A stretch of 62,565 nt of DNA, filler included. It is 7 parts of 7 records of this genome, joined end to end, with 100 filler letters (N's around TTAATTAATTAA, not from the genome) between each part and the next. Parts side by side here need not be neighbours in the genome. Positions count along the whole stretch, not along the records: positions 23,598 to 29,532 come from SRR31156797_14346; positions 29,633 to 34,966 come from SRR31156797_14353; positions 35,067 to 50,147 come from SRR31156797_14361; 4 more parts are not named here. The stretch is one strand, 5' to 3'. The notes under the pieces are model-generated. The model was not told the DNA's origin. It saw only the letters and a program-made list of their open reading frames with translations, and did not search any database. The number at the start of each line of letters is the position of its first letter. Position 1 is the stretch's first letter. A program made the position numbers and the translations under genes. Below, piece after piece: positions 28,295 through 38,740 of the stretch.

Positions 28295-29440
28295 TCACCT
28301 GCCCAACAGCTGCCGGGCGATGGTGTTTTTCTCCATTTCCTTGGTGGCCTCGTAGATCTCCACGATTTTGGCGTCCCGGTAAAACCGCTCGATATCGTAT
28401 TCGTTGATAAACCCATACCCCCCGTGCAGTTGCAGGGCATCGTCGGTCACCCGGACCCCCGTTTCCCCGGCCATCCACTTGGCCATGGCAATGAGCTTGG
28501 GATCGGTCCTGCCGTTGTCCAGAAGCCATGCCGCCTGATAGGTCAGGACCCTGGCCGCTTCCACCTTGGTGGCCATCTCCGCCAGTTTGAATTGAACGGC
28601 CTGAAATTTCCCCACCGCCTGACCAAAGGCCTCCCGCTTTTTCACATGGTTAATGGCCATCTCCAGGGCTCCCTGGGCCACCCCCACCCCCTGGGCCGCC
28701 GCCACCACCCGGTTGATGTTAAAGAGTTCCATGGTCTGGACAAATCCATTCCCCTCTTTTCCCCCCACCAGGTTTTCCTTGGGAACCCTCACATTGTTAA
28801 AGGATAGCTCCGCCGTGTCCGAGGCTCGGATCCCCATTTTCCCCCGTATTTTAGATGCCTCGAACCCTGCCCGATCCGTTTCCACCATCAGGATGGAATG
28901 CCGATCGTAGCGGGATTCGGCTCCAGGGTTTGTGACGCAGAAAACAGCCAGATACTTGGCGATGGTGCCGTTGGTGATAAATATTTTACTCCCGTTGATG
29001 ACATATTCATCGCCATCTTTCACCGCTTCGGTTCTGGCTCCGAAAATATCGCTGCCCGCATCCGGCTCGGTGATGGCGGCGCCCATGATGGCCTCGCCCG
29101 TGGGGATTGGAGGCAGATATTTCTCCTTTTGTTCAGGGGTACCGTAATTTTGCAAATACTCGGCCCCGAAGGCCGCCAGCAAAACGCAGCCGCAACCGGG
29201 ATCCACCCGCCAGAATTCCTCCATGATCAGACAGGTTTCAAAAAAACTCAAACCGGCACCCCCGTATTCCTCCTTGATGAATCCACCCACAAACCCCAGT
29301 TCACAGGCTTTTTTCCAGAGTTTTTCGGGAAACGCTTCCTTCCGGTCAAATTCCTTTGCGATTTCCCGAATTTCACCCTCGGCAAATTCCCTGGCGGCCA
29401 TTTTGATGTCCATCTCTTCCTTACTCAACTCAAAATTCAT
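28295..29440 (-). CDS. acyl-CoA dehydrogenase
   Basis: AITEPDAGSD, INGSKIFITNG, KMGIRAS, QLHGGYG, EIYEAT; ATG 29440 after AAGGAGG. Confidence 0.95.
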   Translation of the reverse strand: MNFELSKEEMDIKMAAREFAEGEIREIAKEFDRKEAFPEKLWKKACELGFVGGFIKEEYGGAGLSFFETCLIMEEFWRVDPGCGCVLLAAFGAEYLQNYGTPEQKEKYLPPIPTGEAIMGAAITEPDAGSDIFGARTEAVKDGDEYVINGSKIFITNGTIAKYLAVFCVTNPGAESRYDRHSILMVETDRAGFEASKIRGKMGIRASDTAELSFNNVRVPKENLVGGKEGNGFVQTMELFNINRVVAAAQGVGVAQGALEMAINHVKKREAFGQAVGKFQAVQFKLAEMATKVEAARVLTYQAAWLLDNGRTDPKLIAMAKWMAGETGVRVTDDALQLHGGYGFINEYDIERFYRDAKIVEIYEATKEMEKNTIARQLLGR

Positions 29441-29532
29441 GGCAACTCCCTCCTTCAAAACAATTTAAAAGATCAGCCACACCCTTGACTGAGAAGAGTT
29501 TATGGCTCATCGCGGATTAACGTGAAAATTAC

Positions 29533-29632
29533 NNNNNNNNNNNNNNNNNNNNNNNNNNNNNNNNNNNNNNNNNNNNTTAATTAATTAANNNNNNNNNNNN
29601 NNNNNNNNNNNNNNNNNNNNNNNNNNNNNNNN
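29533..29632. other. artificial contig linker
   Basis: N-run / TTAATTAATTAA / N-run. Confidence 0.99.
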
Positions 29633-29662
29633 CAGTTGCTCTACCTACTGAGCTAAGTCGGC
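29633..29662 (-). tRNA. thrU: tRNA-Thr (thrU-type), first 30 nt only
   Basis: GCCGACTTAGCTCAGTAGGTAGAGCAACTG matches the 5' end of gammaproteobacterial thrU and is divergent from coaA as in the tufB operon. The anticodon is cut off. Confidence 0.88.
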
Positions 29663-29668
29663 ATAAGT

Positions 29669-29704
29669 GGTGCGCATTCTATTGAATGATTTCTTACCTT
29701 GCAA
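29669..29704 (-). promoter_or_regulatory. stable-RNA sigma-70 promoter
   Basis: TTGCAA-N17-TAGAAT followed by the GC-rich discriminator GCGCACC just upstream of the tRNA. Confidence 0.75.
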
Positions 29705-29869
29705 TAGTTATCGAAAAAAAAAGTCGAAATTTAGCGTCATTTTGTTTATTCGATGATTTTTCACACGATTTAACGCTTAATCGCCAATAATTTTGTTTTT
29801 CTGATTTGCATTGTTGCCACCATATTGTATGTTCGCTGGTCTTACTCTAATTCGAAAATTGAGCATGTT

Positions 29870-30793
29870 ATGACTCCATATTTGTCTTTTGATCGCCATC
29901 AATGGTCAGAATTACGTAATTCTGTTCCTATGATGTTATCGGAAAGCGATCTTAAAGAGCTGCAAGGTATCAACGAGAACTTAACAGTTAAAGAGACGGT
30001 AGAGATCTACCTTCCCTTAGCGCGTTTACTCAACTTATACGTAGCAGCAAGGCAAAGTCGTAATAGCGTTTTGAACCAGTTTCTCGGAAATAAAGAGAGT
30101 GCCCCACCCTTTATTATCGGTATCGCAGGTAGTGTCGCAGTCGGTAAAAGTACTACAGCTCGCCTATTAAGAGCGCTTCTAGCCCGCTGGGAAAATCACA
30201 AAAAAGTAGAATTGATTACTACAGATGGATTTCTTCACCCCAACAAGGTCCTCGAAGAACGAGGCATTATGCAGAAAAAAGGCTTCCCAGAGTCTTACGA
30301 TATGCGTAGTTTGGTGCAATTTGTGTCAGACGTAAAAGCGGGCCTACCGAATGTTGAAGCACCTGTTTACTCACACTTAACTTATGATATTACTGATGAG
30401 AAAAAAATCGTAGATCGTCCGGATATTCTCATTATTGAAGGCCTAAATGTCCTGCAAAGTGGAATGGACTATCCTCATGACCCTCATAGGGTCTTCATAT
30501 CTGATTTCCTAGATTTTTCTATCTATGTTGATGCAGAAAGCGACATGATTGAGAAATGGTATGTAGAGCGTTTTATGAAGTTCCGTAGTAGTGCATTTAA
30601 AGAACCGGGCTCTTATTTCAGCCATTACACAGAGTTAACCGAAGAAGAAGCAGTCACCAAGGCGAAACAAATTTGGCACTCGATTAATGGTAAAAATCTA
30701 CGGGGAAACATTTTACCGACAAAAGAGCGAGCCCAACTGGTTCTACGTAAAGGGTTAAATCACACCGTTGAAGAAATCCTATTGCGTAAATAA
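29870..30793 (+). CDS. coaA: type I pantothenate kinase
   Basis: [35 protein letters not shown]; likely start MTPYLSFDR. Confidence 0.97.
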   Translation: MTPYLSFDRHQWSELRNSVPMMLSESDLKELQGINENLTVKETVEIYLPLARLLNLYVAARQSRNSVLNQFLGNKESAPPFIIGIAGSVAVGKSTTARLLRALLARWENHKKVELITTDGFLHPNKVLEERGIMQKKGFPESYDMRSLVQFVSDVKAGLPNVEAPVYSHLTYDITDEKKIVDRPDILIIEGLNVLQSGMDYPHDPHRVFISDFLDFSIYVDAESDMIEKWYVERFMKFRSSAFKEPGSYFSHYTELTEEEAVTKAKQIWHSINGKNLRGNILPTKERAQLVLRKGLNHTVEEILLRK

Positions 30794-30817
30794 AAAGAGG
30801 CTTGAAGCCTCTTTTTT
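30792..30817. terminator. bidirectional intrinsic terminator between coaA and birA
   Basis: AAAAAGAGGCTT-G-AAGCCTCTTTTTT. Confidence 0.85.
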
Positions 30818-30818
30818 A

Positions 30819-31781
30819 TTATTCATTGTTTCTTAATGATATTTCTCCACCAATAAAGCTTTTCAGTCCTTCATCGGTTTCCAGCAATACTCCGCCGTGC
30901 GCATCAATCCCACGCTCGATACCTTCTACTACATTGGGCCCCATAATCAGTTTGACTTTACGGCCGATAAAGTTGTCCAACCGATTCCAACGTTCAACGA
31001 AGTCCTGCATACCGTACAATTCATAATCTTTTAGACTGGAATCCAATGCTTTGATAAAAGCAACAGCTAGCTTATTACGATCGATGAGATCTTCCCCGAT
31101 CACTTCAGCTAAACTCGCCCAAGGCTGATCGATTGTGGCTTCTTTGTCTTGCATTGATAAGTTCATCCCCATACCAATAACAAGATTTGCTGCACCACCG
31201 GCTTGACCAGACATTTCAACTAAGATGCCTGCTAACTTTCTGTCTTGATAATAAAGATCATTTGGCCATTTGAGTTTGACACCATTTAAACCCATCTGAT
31301 CGAGAGCCTCAACCATCGCGACACCAACCACTAAACTTAGCCCCATTGCCGCCGCCATGCCTGCTTCTAAACGCCAATACATAGATAAATAAAGATTAGC
31401 TCCGAAAGGAGATACCCAGTGACGCCCTCTTCGACCACGGCCACTCTGCTGATATTCAGCAATGCATACCGTGCCTGATGAGAGGGTCGCACTGTTATCA
31501 AGTAAGTATTGATTTGTAGAGTCAATCACTGGGTGCAGTTGAACCGGGTTGGTGACTTCTGCCTGTATAATCTCTTGATCCAGCATGATGATGGGTTGTG
31601 CAAGTTGATAGCCTTTGCCCTGCACTCGGAAAATATCAACGCCCCACTCCTGAATCCCTTTTATATGCTTACTAATGGCAGCTCTGGATATTCCAATTTG
31701 ATCACCCAGCTCTTCACCAGAGTGAAACGTACCGTCAGATAATTTACTTAATAATTTCAGCTTTACATCTGGGCTTTTCAC
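30819..31781 (-). CDS. birA: bifunctional biotin ligase/repressor
   Basis: N-terminal HTH, GRGRRGR, KWPND, KLAGILVE. Confidence 0.97.
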   Translation of the reverse strand: MKSPDVKLKLLSKLSDGTFHSGEELGDQIGISRAAISKHIKGIQEWGVDIFRVQGKGYQLAQPIIMLDQEIIQAEVTNPVQLHPVIDSTNQYLLDNSATLSSGTVCIAEYQQSGRGRRGRHWVSPFGANLYLSMYWRLEAGMAAAMGLSLVVGVAMVEALDQMGLNGVKLKWPNDLYYQDRKLAGILVEMSGQAGGAANLVIGMGMNLSMQDKEATIDQPWASLAEVIGEDLIDRNKLAVAFIKALDSSLKDYELYGMQDFVERWNRLDNFIGRKVKLIMGPNVVEGIERGIDAHGGVLLETDEGLKSFIGGEISLRNNE

Positions 31782-32821
31782 TAAACCGTCTCCATTAATT
31801 GACTTAAGTACGTTTCATTTTCTTTACCCATAAAGCGAACTTCATGCTCAAGAAGAACCCCATACGTTTCTAGCACTTTAGTTCTTACTATTCCGGCTAG
31901 TTCAATAATATCTTTCGCGGTTGCATTACCGTTATTGATGAGCACAAGAGCCTGATTTGGATGAACTTGTGCTCCGCCATGAACCATCCCCTTCAATCCA
32001 ACCTGGTCAATCAGCCAACCCGCAGCCAGTTTCATTCCATCTTCAACCGGATAGGCGACAATGTCAGGATAGAAAGACTTCAATAGTTCATAGTGCTGTT
32101 CAATAACCACTGGGTTTTTAAAGAAGCTACCTGCATTTCCCGTTTCTAACGGATTTGGTAATTTCTCACTGCGAATGTCGCAAACTCGTTCAAACACTTG
32201 CTTGGCAGAGGTATTTTCTCCGAGTTCTTTGAGCGGACCATAATTAATATTGGGAACCCAGTTTTTATTGAGTTTTAGACCAACAGCAATCACTATCGCT
32301 TTATTGTATAGACGGTGCTTAAACACCGAGTCTCGATAGGCAAACTCGCACTCTTCTTTGGTTAGGCGTTTCACCTCTAACGATTCTAAACATAAGTAAT
32401 CTACATAATCACAAACATCTTTAATCTCTGTTCCATAAGCACCAATATTTTGGATAGGGGTAGAACCAACACAGCCAGGAATCATCGCCAAATTTTCTAA
32501 TCCAGCCAAGCCTTGTTCTATCGACCATGCAACTAGCTCAGGCCAATCTTCGCCACCTTGGATATGTAAATAGTGAAATTGTTCATCTTCTGTATGTGCG
32601 ATACCCAACATACGATTAACCATAACCAAACCTTGATAAGGCTCGGTAAATAATACATTGCTTCCTTTACCCAGCATTAACTTGGATAAAGGCTTTAATT
32701 CTTCAGAGCGATAAACTTCCAAAAGATCGTTCAAAGATTCAATAAGTACCAATTTGTGGCACATTTGTTCAATGCCAAACGTATGATAAGGCTTCAAGTT
32801 AACGTTGTTATGTAATTGCAT
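31781..32821 (-). CDS. murB: UDP-N-acetylmuramate dehydrogenase
   Basis: LGKGSNVLF, GLENLAMIPG, QNIGAYG, GNAGSFFKNP, EHEVR. Confidence 0.97.
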   Translation of the reverse strand: MQLHNNVNLKPYHTFGIEQMCHKLVLIESLNDLLEVYRSEELKPLSKLMLGKGSNVLFTEPYQGLVMVNRMLGIAHTEDEQFHYLHIQGGEDWPELVAWSIEQGLAGLENLAMIPGCVGSTPIQNIGAYGTEIKDVCDYVDYLCLESLEVKRLTKEECEFAYRDSVFKHRLYNKAIVIAVGLKLNKNWVPNINYGPLKELGENTSAKQVFERVCDIRSEKLPNPLETGNAGSFFKNPVVIEQHYELLKSFYPDIVAYPVEDGMKLAAGWLIDQVGLKGMVHGGAQVHPNQALVLINNGNATAKDIIELAGIVRTKVLETYGVLLEHEVRFMGKENETYLSQLMETV

Positions 32822-32882
32822 AGGGTTCTTCAGATAAACTAAACTCAGGACATTCTACAACAGAAGCTACCATAAGACACAA

Positions 32883-33335
32883 ATGCCAGACCTCAAGTTC
32901 GAACACTTAGATCCTATAAAGCAGCCACTTCTAAAGCGATTTTATAAACAGCACTACCCCAGCACCAAACCTAAGAGTGATGAACTAACCATTGTCGCTT
33001 ACCAAGGATATGACATGAAAGGGGTTGTTCGTTTTAGAACGATCGCCGATTACCGACTGCTTACTGGCATGGCTGTTAGTGAAACTAGCCGCGGCCAAGG
33101 CATAGGTCTGCAACTTTTACGCTACTGCGAGGATAATATCTTACAAAAAAATGACTTTTGTTTTTCTTATGCTCATCTGCAAAACTTCTATCAACAAGCT
33201 CAGTTTAAAAGAGTCGATATTAGCGAGCTTCCAGGAGAGCTAAAAAGTCTTTTTAACCGTTACAGTCAAAGTGGTAAGAATCTCATTCCTATGCAATTTT
33301 TACCGAACAAGACTAAGAATGGCGAGCTTTCCTAG
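32883..33335 (+). CDS. GNAT-family acetyltransferase
   Basis: MAVSETSRGQGIGLQLL motif A; FYQQ. Confidence 0.8.
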   Translation: MPDLKFEHLDPIKQPLLKRFYKQHYPSTKPKSDELTIVAYQGYDMKGVVRFRTIADYRLLTGMAVSETSRGQGIGLQLLRYCEDNILQKNDFCFSYAHLQNFYQQAQFKRVDISELPGELKSLFNRYSQSGKNLIPMQFLPNKTKNGELS

Positions 33336-33405
33336 CCTTTTGTTTCACTAGTTTGGTATTATGCATAGTTCGCACATTTGCACATAAGTAAGGTAACTAA
33401 CCCTA

Positions 33406-34746
33406 ATGATTGCTCGTAGAAACCCATTCGACCAGCTGCCGACTATTGCGCAAGATCCAAGTAAGTTTGCCACTCTATATTCTGCGAAAGATTTTCGTAC
33501 TCATCTTATTGAGTCTATTCGCCAGGCGAGCAAGCGTATTTATCTTGTTGCGCTCTATCTAGAGGATGATGAAGCTGGACGAGAAATTCTTACAGAGCTT
33601 TATGAAGCAAAACAACGTAATCCTGGGCTTGATATCATCATCTGTGTTGATTGGCACCGAGCACAACGTGGATTAATAGGTAAAGCAGCATCTGAAGGTA
33701 ATGCTGCTATCTATAAGAAATTTAACCAAGATTACCTACATAGCATCCCGACTTATGGAATTCCTGTTCGTGGTAGAGAAGTCTTCGGCGTTTTACACCT
33801 AAAAGGGTTTATTATCGACGACACGGTTATTTACAGTGGTGCGAGTCTGAATAACGTTTATCTGCATTATAAAGAACGCTATCGTTTTGACCGCTACCAC
33901 AGCATCGAAAACGCGTCCCTTGCAGATAGCATGGTAAAGTTTGTTCAGGATGAGATGTTAGCTCACCCTGCGGTCAATGACCTTACTACGGAAGGCAAAC
34001 CTTCAACTAAAGATATTAAAACCGAGATACGTCAGTTTAGAGCCTCTCTAACTCAAGCTAGCTACCAATTTAAAGGGGATACCCTTACTCAAGATAAAGT
34101 TGGCATCACGCCGCTTGTGGGTATAGGTAAGCGTCGTAATCACCTTAACCAATATATCGTCCAGTTAATCGCTCAGGCCAAGGACGAAGTCTTCATCTGT
34201 ACTCCGTATTTCAATTTCCCTAAAAGCATCGCTAAAGAAGTTAAAAAGGCTCTGAGACGTGGTGTAAAAGTTCATATCATTATTGGTGATAAAACGGCAA
34301 ACGACTTTTATATTTCACCAGAGGAAGAGTTTAAGACCATCGGTGGCCTTCCTTACTTATATGAAATTAACCTACGTCGCTTTGCTAAGGTAAATGAAGC
34401 CAACATCGCAAGTCGCAAGTTATCCATTCATCTGTGGAAGCATGATGACAATAGCTTCCATCTGAAAGGCATATGGGTTGATAAACGCTATATGCTTTTA
34501 ACAGGTAATAACCTAAATCCTAGAGCCTGGAAGCTGGACCTAGAAAACGCTCTGCTAATTAAAGATGACTATCATCATTTAACAGAAGGTTTTGAGAAAG
34601 AGATACAGAACATTCTTCAGCACACCCAGCTTGTTTGCACTTATAAACAGATTGAAAAGCTTGAAAATTACCCAGAGCCAGTACAGAGGCTTGTTCGTAA
34701 GATCACTCGCGTGAAAGCAGATAGAGTTCTCAAACAAATACTCTAA
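33406..34746 (+). CDS. pssA: CDP-diacylglycerol--serine O-phosphatidyltransferase (PLD type)
   Basis: Two HxKxxxxD motifs (HLKGFIID, HLKGIWVD); DWHRAQRGLIG. Confidence 0.96.
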   Translation: MIARRNPFDQLPTIAQDPSKFATLYSAKDFRTHLIESIRQASKRIYLVALYLEDDEAGREILTELYEAKQRNPGLDIIICVDWHRAQRGLIGKAASEGNAAIYKKFNQDYLHSIPTYGIPVRGREVFGVLHLKGFIIDDTVIYSGASLNNVYLHYKERYRFDRYHSIENASLADSMVKFVQDEMLAHPAVNDLTTEGKPSTKDIKTEIRQFRASLTQASYQFKGDTLTQDKVGITPLVGIGKRRNHLNQYIVQLIAQAKDEVFICTPYFNFPKSIAKEVKKALRRGVKVHIIIGDKTANDFYISPEEEFKTIGGLPYLYEINLRRFAKVNEANIASRKLSIHLWKHDDNSFHLKGIWVDKRYMLLTGNNLNPRAWKLDLENALLIKDDYHHLTEGFEKEIQNILQHTQLVCTYKQIEKLENYPEPVQRLVRKITRVKADRVLKQIL

Positions 34747-34768
34747 GTTAGCAACTATATATATTGAT

Positions 34769-34795
34769 AAGCCGACGCGTTAGCGTCGGTTTTTT
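34769..34795 (+). terminator. intrinsic terminator after pssA
   Basis: AAGCCGACGC-GTTA-GCGTCGGTTTTTT. Confidence 0.8.
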
Positions 34796-34867
34796 ATATC
34801 TAATCTTTTAGCTTTTCTACCAACCTTAAGACACAAGAGTTGAGTGACTGACACTTCACATAAACGT

Positions 34868-34895
34868 AAAAAGCCCCGTCATTTCTGACGAGGCT
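34868..34895 (-). terminator. intrinsic terminator downstream of the tRNA-like sequence
   Basis: Minus strand AGCCTCGTCA-GAAA-TGACGGGGCT-TTTT. Confidence 0.75.
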
Positions 34896-34904
34896 CAGTA
34901 TAAG

Positions 34905-34966
34905 TGGCTGAGTTGTGGAAGCCGAACCCGAGAACGCCTGCGGCAGCGTGACAGGCCGCTTCTTTC
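34905..34966 (-). pseudogene. degenerate tRNA-Asp(GTC)-like sequence, 5' end cut by contig end
   Basis: Anticodon arm GCGGC-CTGTCAC-GCTGC, GGGTTCG T-loop-like motif, 3' GCCA; T stem imperfect and variable region long. Confidence 0.55.
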
Positions 34967-35066
34967 NNNNNNNNNNNNNNNNNNNNNNNNNNNNNNNNNN
35001 NNNNNNNNNNTTAATTAATTAANNNNNNNNNNNNNNNNNNNNNNNNNNNNNNNNNNNNNNNNNNNN
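34967..35066. other. artificial contig linker
   Basis: N-run / TTAATTAATTAA / N-run. Confidence 0.99.
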
Positions 35067-35325
35067 GGCACATAAAAAAGGAGTCGGTAGTTCGAAGAAC
35101 GGTAGAGAATCGGAAAGTAAACGATTAGGAGTTAAAATTTACGGTGGACAATTTGCACAAGCCGGAAATATTCTTGTACGTCAAAGAGGAACTAAGCATA
35201 ACCCAGGTGAGAACGTAGGTTGTGGTAAAGATCACACATTGTTCGCTCTTGTTGACGGAACTGTTGTTTTCAGAAAGAAAAAAGACAACAGATCATACGT
35301 TTCTATTGAACCTATTGCTGAATAG
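35067..35325 (+). CDS. rpmA: 50S ribosomal protein L27 (start codon clipped)
   Basis: Not in the ORF track. Manual translation [28 protein letters not shown]...[19 protein letters not shown]. Confidence 0.97.
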
Positions 35326-35348
35326 TTAAATCAGTATTAAAATATTTG

Positions 35349-35390
35349 AATCTCCTGCTTTATCATCGTGTAAAGACAGGAGATTTTTTT
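35349..35390 (+). terminator. intrinsic terminator after rpmA
   Basis: AATCTCCTG...CAGGAGATTTTTTT. Confidence 0.75.
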
Positions 35391-35442
35391 ATTTTTACAG
35401 TTCATAAAAAAATTAGGAATAATCATCAACAAAAGAAAATAG

Positions 35443-36717
35443 ATGCTAGGCCTTAAATACTTACAGGAAAATCAGGAAGAAGCCATTAAGGCTTTAAAAA
35501 TTAAGAACTTCGATGCTACTGAAATTATCAGTCAAATCGTAAGTCTTGATGAGAAAAGAAAAGCAACTCAAGCGCAACAAGATGCTGCTCAAGCAGAAAT
35601 GAACAGCTTGTCGAAAGAAATAGGTATGCTTTTTAAAAGTGGAAAAGCTGAAGAGGCGAATGCTGCAAAAGCAAAAACTGGTGAATTGAAAAATTCAATT
35701 TCCGAGCTGAGTACTTCTCAAAATTCGATTCTGGCTGAATTGAATGATTTGTTGCTTCAAATCCCAAACATTCCTCATCCATCGGTTCCTGCAGGAAAAG
35801 GCGAAGAAGAAAATGTAATTGAAAAAACCATTGGTGAAGCGCCAAACTTAGCTCCTGATGCAATTCCTCACTGGGAATTGGCAAAAAAGTACAACCTAAT
35901 CGATTTTGAATTGGGTAACAAAATTACTGGTGCAGGTTTTCCTTTATACCGCGGAAAAGGTGCTATTCTTCAAAGAGCATTAATCAATTTCTTTTTAGAT
36001 GAAAACCGAAAAGCAGGATACGAAGAAGTTATTCCTCCATTGGTAGTTAACGAAGATTCGGGTTACGGTACTGGTCAGCTTCCCGACAAAGAAGGACAAA
36101 TGTATCATATTACTGAAGACAATTTGTATTTGATTCCTACTGCTGAGGTTCCTGTTACCAATATTTACCGCGATGTTATTTTGAAAGGTGAAGATTTCCC
36201 TGTGAAAAATACCGCATATTCTGCTTGTTTCAGAAGAGAAGCCGGATCATACGGTAAAGATGTCCGTGGTTTGAATCGCTTGCACCAATTCGACAAAGTT
36301 GAGATTGTTCAACTTCAGCATCCTGATAAATCATACGAAGCGCTTGAAGGCATGGTTAATCATGTTGAAAGCATTATCCAAAAATTAGAATTACCATACC
36401 GTTTACTTCGTTTATGTGGTGGTGATACTAGTTTTACGGCAGCGCTTACTTTCGATTTTGAAGTATTTTCAGCTGCTCAAGATAAGTGGCTAGAGGTTAG
36501 TTCTGTTTCGAACTTTGAAGCCTACCAGGCAAATCGATTGAAATTAAGATTCAAGGATAAAGACATGAAAAAGCCTCAGTTAGCACACACATTAAATGGT
36601 AGCGCTTTGGCATTGCCAAGAATTGTTGCTGCTTTACTTGAAAATCATCAAACTCCTGAAGGAATTAAAATACCGAAAGCATTAGTTCCTTATACTGGAT
36701 TTGATATCATCAACTAA
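35443..36717 (+). CDS. serS: serine--tRNA ligase
   Basis: LIPTAEVP, CFRREAGS, RLHQFDKVE, EVSSVSN, HTLNGSALA. Confidence 0.97.
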   Translation: MLGLKYLQENQEEAIKALKIKNFDATEIISQIVSLDEKRKATQAQQDAAQAEMNSLSKEIGMLFKSGKAEEANAAKAKTGELKNSISELSTSQNSILAELNDLLLQIPNIPHPSVPAGKGEEENVIEKTIGEAPNLAPDAIPHWELAKKYNLIDFELGNKITGAGFPLYRGKGAILQRALINFFLDENRKAGYEEVIPPLVVNEDSGYGTGQLPDKEGQMYHITEDNLYLIPTAEVPVTNIYRDVILKGEDFPVKNTAYSACFRREAGSYGKDVRGLNRLHQFDKVEIVQLQHPDKSYEALEGMVNHVESIIQKLELPYRLLRLCGGDTSFTAALTFDFEVFSAAQDKWLEVSSVSNFEAYQANRLKLRFKDKDMKKPQLAHTLNGSALALPRIVAALLENHQTPEGIKIPKALVPYTGFDIIN

Positions 36718-36767
36718 TAAAAAACAGATTTCGAATAGAAAATTATCTGTTCTTAAAATATTTATGG

Positions 36768-36800
36768 AAGCCCGAGCATTAACAAGCCGGGCTTTTTTTT
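36768..36800 (+). terminator. intrinsic terminator after serS
   Basis: AAGCCCG...CGGGCTTTTTTTT. Confidence 0.65.
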
Positions 36801-36862
36801 ATTTTTATACTTTATTCTTTATCTACAGACAGCTTAGTTGTACTCATTTAACAAATGTAATT

Positions 36863-38680
36863 TTGAAAAATTATCTGATTGGCATATTCTTACTCATTCT
36901 TACAATAGGAATTACTCCTTCTTTTGGTCAACACAATATTCAATCGGGTAGTCAGTTGGCTTTTAAATATTTTAGAGATAAAGAATACAAACCTGCCTCT
37001 TCCCTATTTTACAACTTGTATGATGCTACTAAATCGAAAACCTATTTCAATTACTACATTGAATGCTTAATACAGCTAGATGAATTTAAGGATGCCGAAA
37101 GCTATGCAAAAAAACAAATCAAGAGAAATCCGAATGATAAAGTATTTCTAATTACTTTGGGATATGTATACAAACAGTGGCAGCAAGAAGAGAAATCAAT
37201 TGTACAATACAATAAAGCAATAAACAAATTAAAGCCTGTTAAAGCAGATATTACCAGTGTCGCAGGAGCTTTTATCACAAAACGGGAATACGATCTGGCA
37301 GCAAAAACCTACTTGCGGGGAAGGGAATTACTAAATGAACCTCACCTTTATCATATCGAAATGGCAAATGTTTATTTGTATCAAAGAAATTTCGAAAAAA
37401 TGGTGGAAGAATACCTCATTGCAATTTCAATTGATCCAAGTAAAATAAACACAGTTCAAAACCGCTTACAATCTGCTCTTTTTCAGGATATCGATTCAAG
37501 TTTAGATCCTATTTTAAAGAATCGGCTATTAGCTAAAATTCAAACTGAACCTGAAAACATTGCTTTTAAAGAATTGTTACAGTGGTATTTTATGCAGAAA
37601 AAACAATTTCTTCCTGCATTTGCACAAGCAAGATCCATCGATTTAATAAAAAAAGAAGATGGCTATCGCCTGATTGGATTAGCACTCTCGGCTCGAAGTA
37701 ATAAAGATTACCAAACTGCCATTAAATGCTACCAAGTAGTCATAGATAAAGGTGCTGATCAGGGAAATTACCTAAAAGCTCAAATAGAAATACTTGAAAC
37801 CAAATATTTACTCTTGCTTGAGATGGAAAATCTTGTGAAAGAAGATTGGGAAAAATTATCAAATTTGTACTTCGAATTCTTTCAACAAGGTCAAAAACAA
37901 ACTTTACTATCTCAGGCCACCATTCGCCATGCTAATATTTTAGCAATGCATTTAAATAAACCTATTGATGCAATTAAAATTCTTGAAAAAGCATTGAAAA
38001 TGAAAAGCATGCATCCTCAGAATATTTCAAAAATAAAATTAGAATTGGCTAACATCAAATTATTTGCTAATGAAAAATGGGATGCCATACTACTCTATTC
38101 GCAAATTGAAAAAGCAAATAAAAACAATCCAATTGGATTTGAAGCAAAATTTAAAAAGGCTCAAGTTTCCTATTATATGGGAGAGTTAGATTGGGCTAAG
38201 GCTCAGCTTGATGCTTTAAAAGGAAGTACTTCCAAATTAATTGCCAACGATGCCATTGCTCTTTCGCAACTTATAAGTGATAACACAACATTGGATACCA
38301 GCTATACTGCCATGAAAAAATATGCTGAAGCAGAATTTTTATTGTATCAGAAAAAAGAAAATAAAGCCATTCAAAAGCTTGATGATTTGATTAAAAATCA
38401 TCCTTCACACTCCTTAATTGATGAAGTTTACTATAAAAAGTATGAAATTTACAATAGTAGAAATGACTATGCACAAGCATTGGAAAACCTGGAAAAAGTA
38501 ATTGTTGATCATCCATGGGATTCGCTGGCAGATAAAGCCTTGCTTAAAAAAGGAATCATTTATGAAAAACAAGATAATTCAAGTGTAGCAATTGATTGTT
38601 TCAAAAGTATTATTACCGATTATCCCGATAGTATTTTTTCTGTAGAAGCCAGACAAAGGTTGAATTCTCTTAGGAAATAG
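36863..38680 (+). CDS. secreted tetratricopeptide-repeat protein
   Basis: Start uncertain (TTG 36863 gives a signal peptide). Multiple TPRs; LKGSTSKLIANDA; C-terminal YPDSIF..EAR. Confidence 0.82.
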   Translation: MKNYLIGIFLLILTIGITPSFGQHNIQSGSQLAFKYFRDKEYKPASSLFYNLYDATKSKTYFNYYIECLIQLDEFKDAESYAKKQIKRNPNDKVFLITLGYVYKQWQQEEKSIVQYNKAINKLKPVKADITSVAGAFITKREYDLAAKTYLRGRELLNEPHLYHIEMANVYLYQRNFEKMVEEYLIAISIDPSKINTVQNRLQSALFQDIDSSLDPILKNRLLAKIQTEPENIAFKELLQWYFMQKKQFLPAFAQARSIDLIKKEDGYRLIGLALSARSNKDYQTAIKCYQVVIDKGADQGNYLKAQIEILETKYLLLLEMENLVKEDWEKLSNLYFEFFQQGQKQTLLSQATIRHANILAMHLNKPIDAIKILEKALKMKSMHPQNISKIKLELANIKLFANEKWDAILLYSQIEKANKNNPIGFEAKFKKAQVSYYMGELDWAKAQLDALKGSTSKLIANDAIALSQLISDNTTLDTSYTAMKKYAEAEFLLYQKKENKAIQKLDDLIKNHPSHSLIDEVYYKKYEIYNSRNDYAQALENLEKVIVDHPWDSLADKALLKKGIIYEKQDNSSVAIDCFKSIITDYPDSIFSVEARQRLNSLRK

Positions 38681-38710
38681 TTTCGAGCCTTAAACACGAT
38701 CATTTTTTAA

Positions 38711-38718
38711 TATCTTTG
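38711..38718 (+). promoter_or_regulatory. Bacteroidota -7 promoter element
   Basis: TATCTTTG fits TAnnTTTG, 22 bp upstream of ATG 38741. Confidence 0.55.
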
Positions 38719-38740
38719 CCCAAATTTTAAAATTACAGCC

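Noticed and set aside
36701-36862. N-terminal extension of the TPR ORF
   Set aside because: Overlaps the serS stop and terminator; a later start gives a signal peptide.
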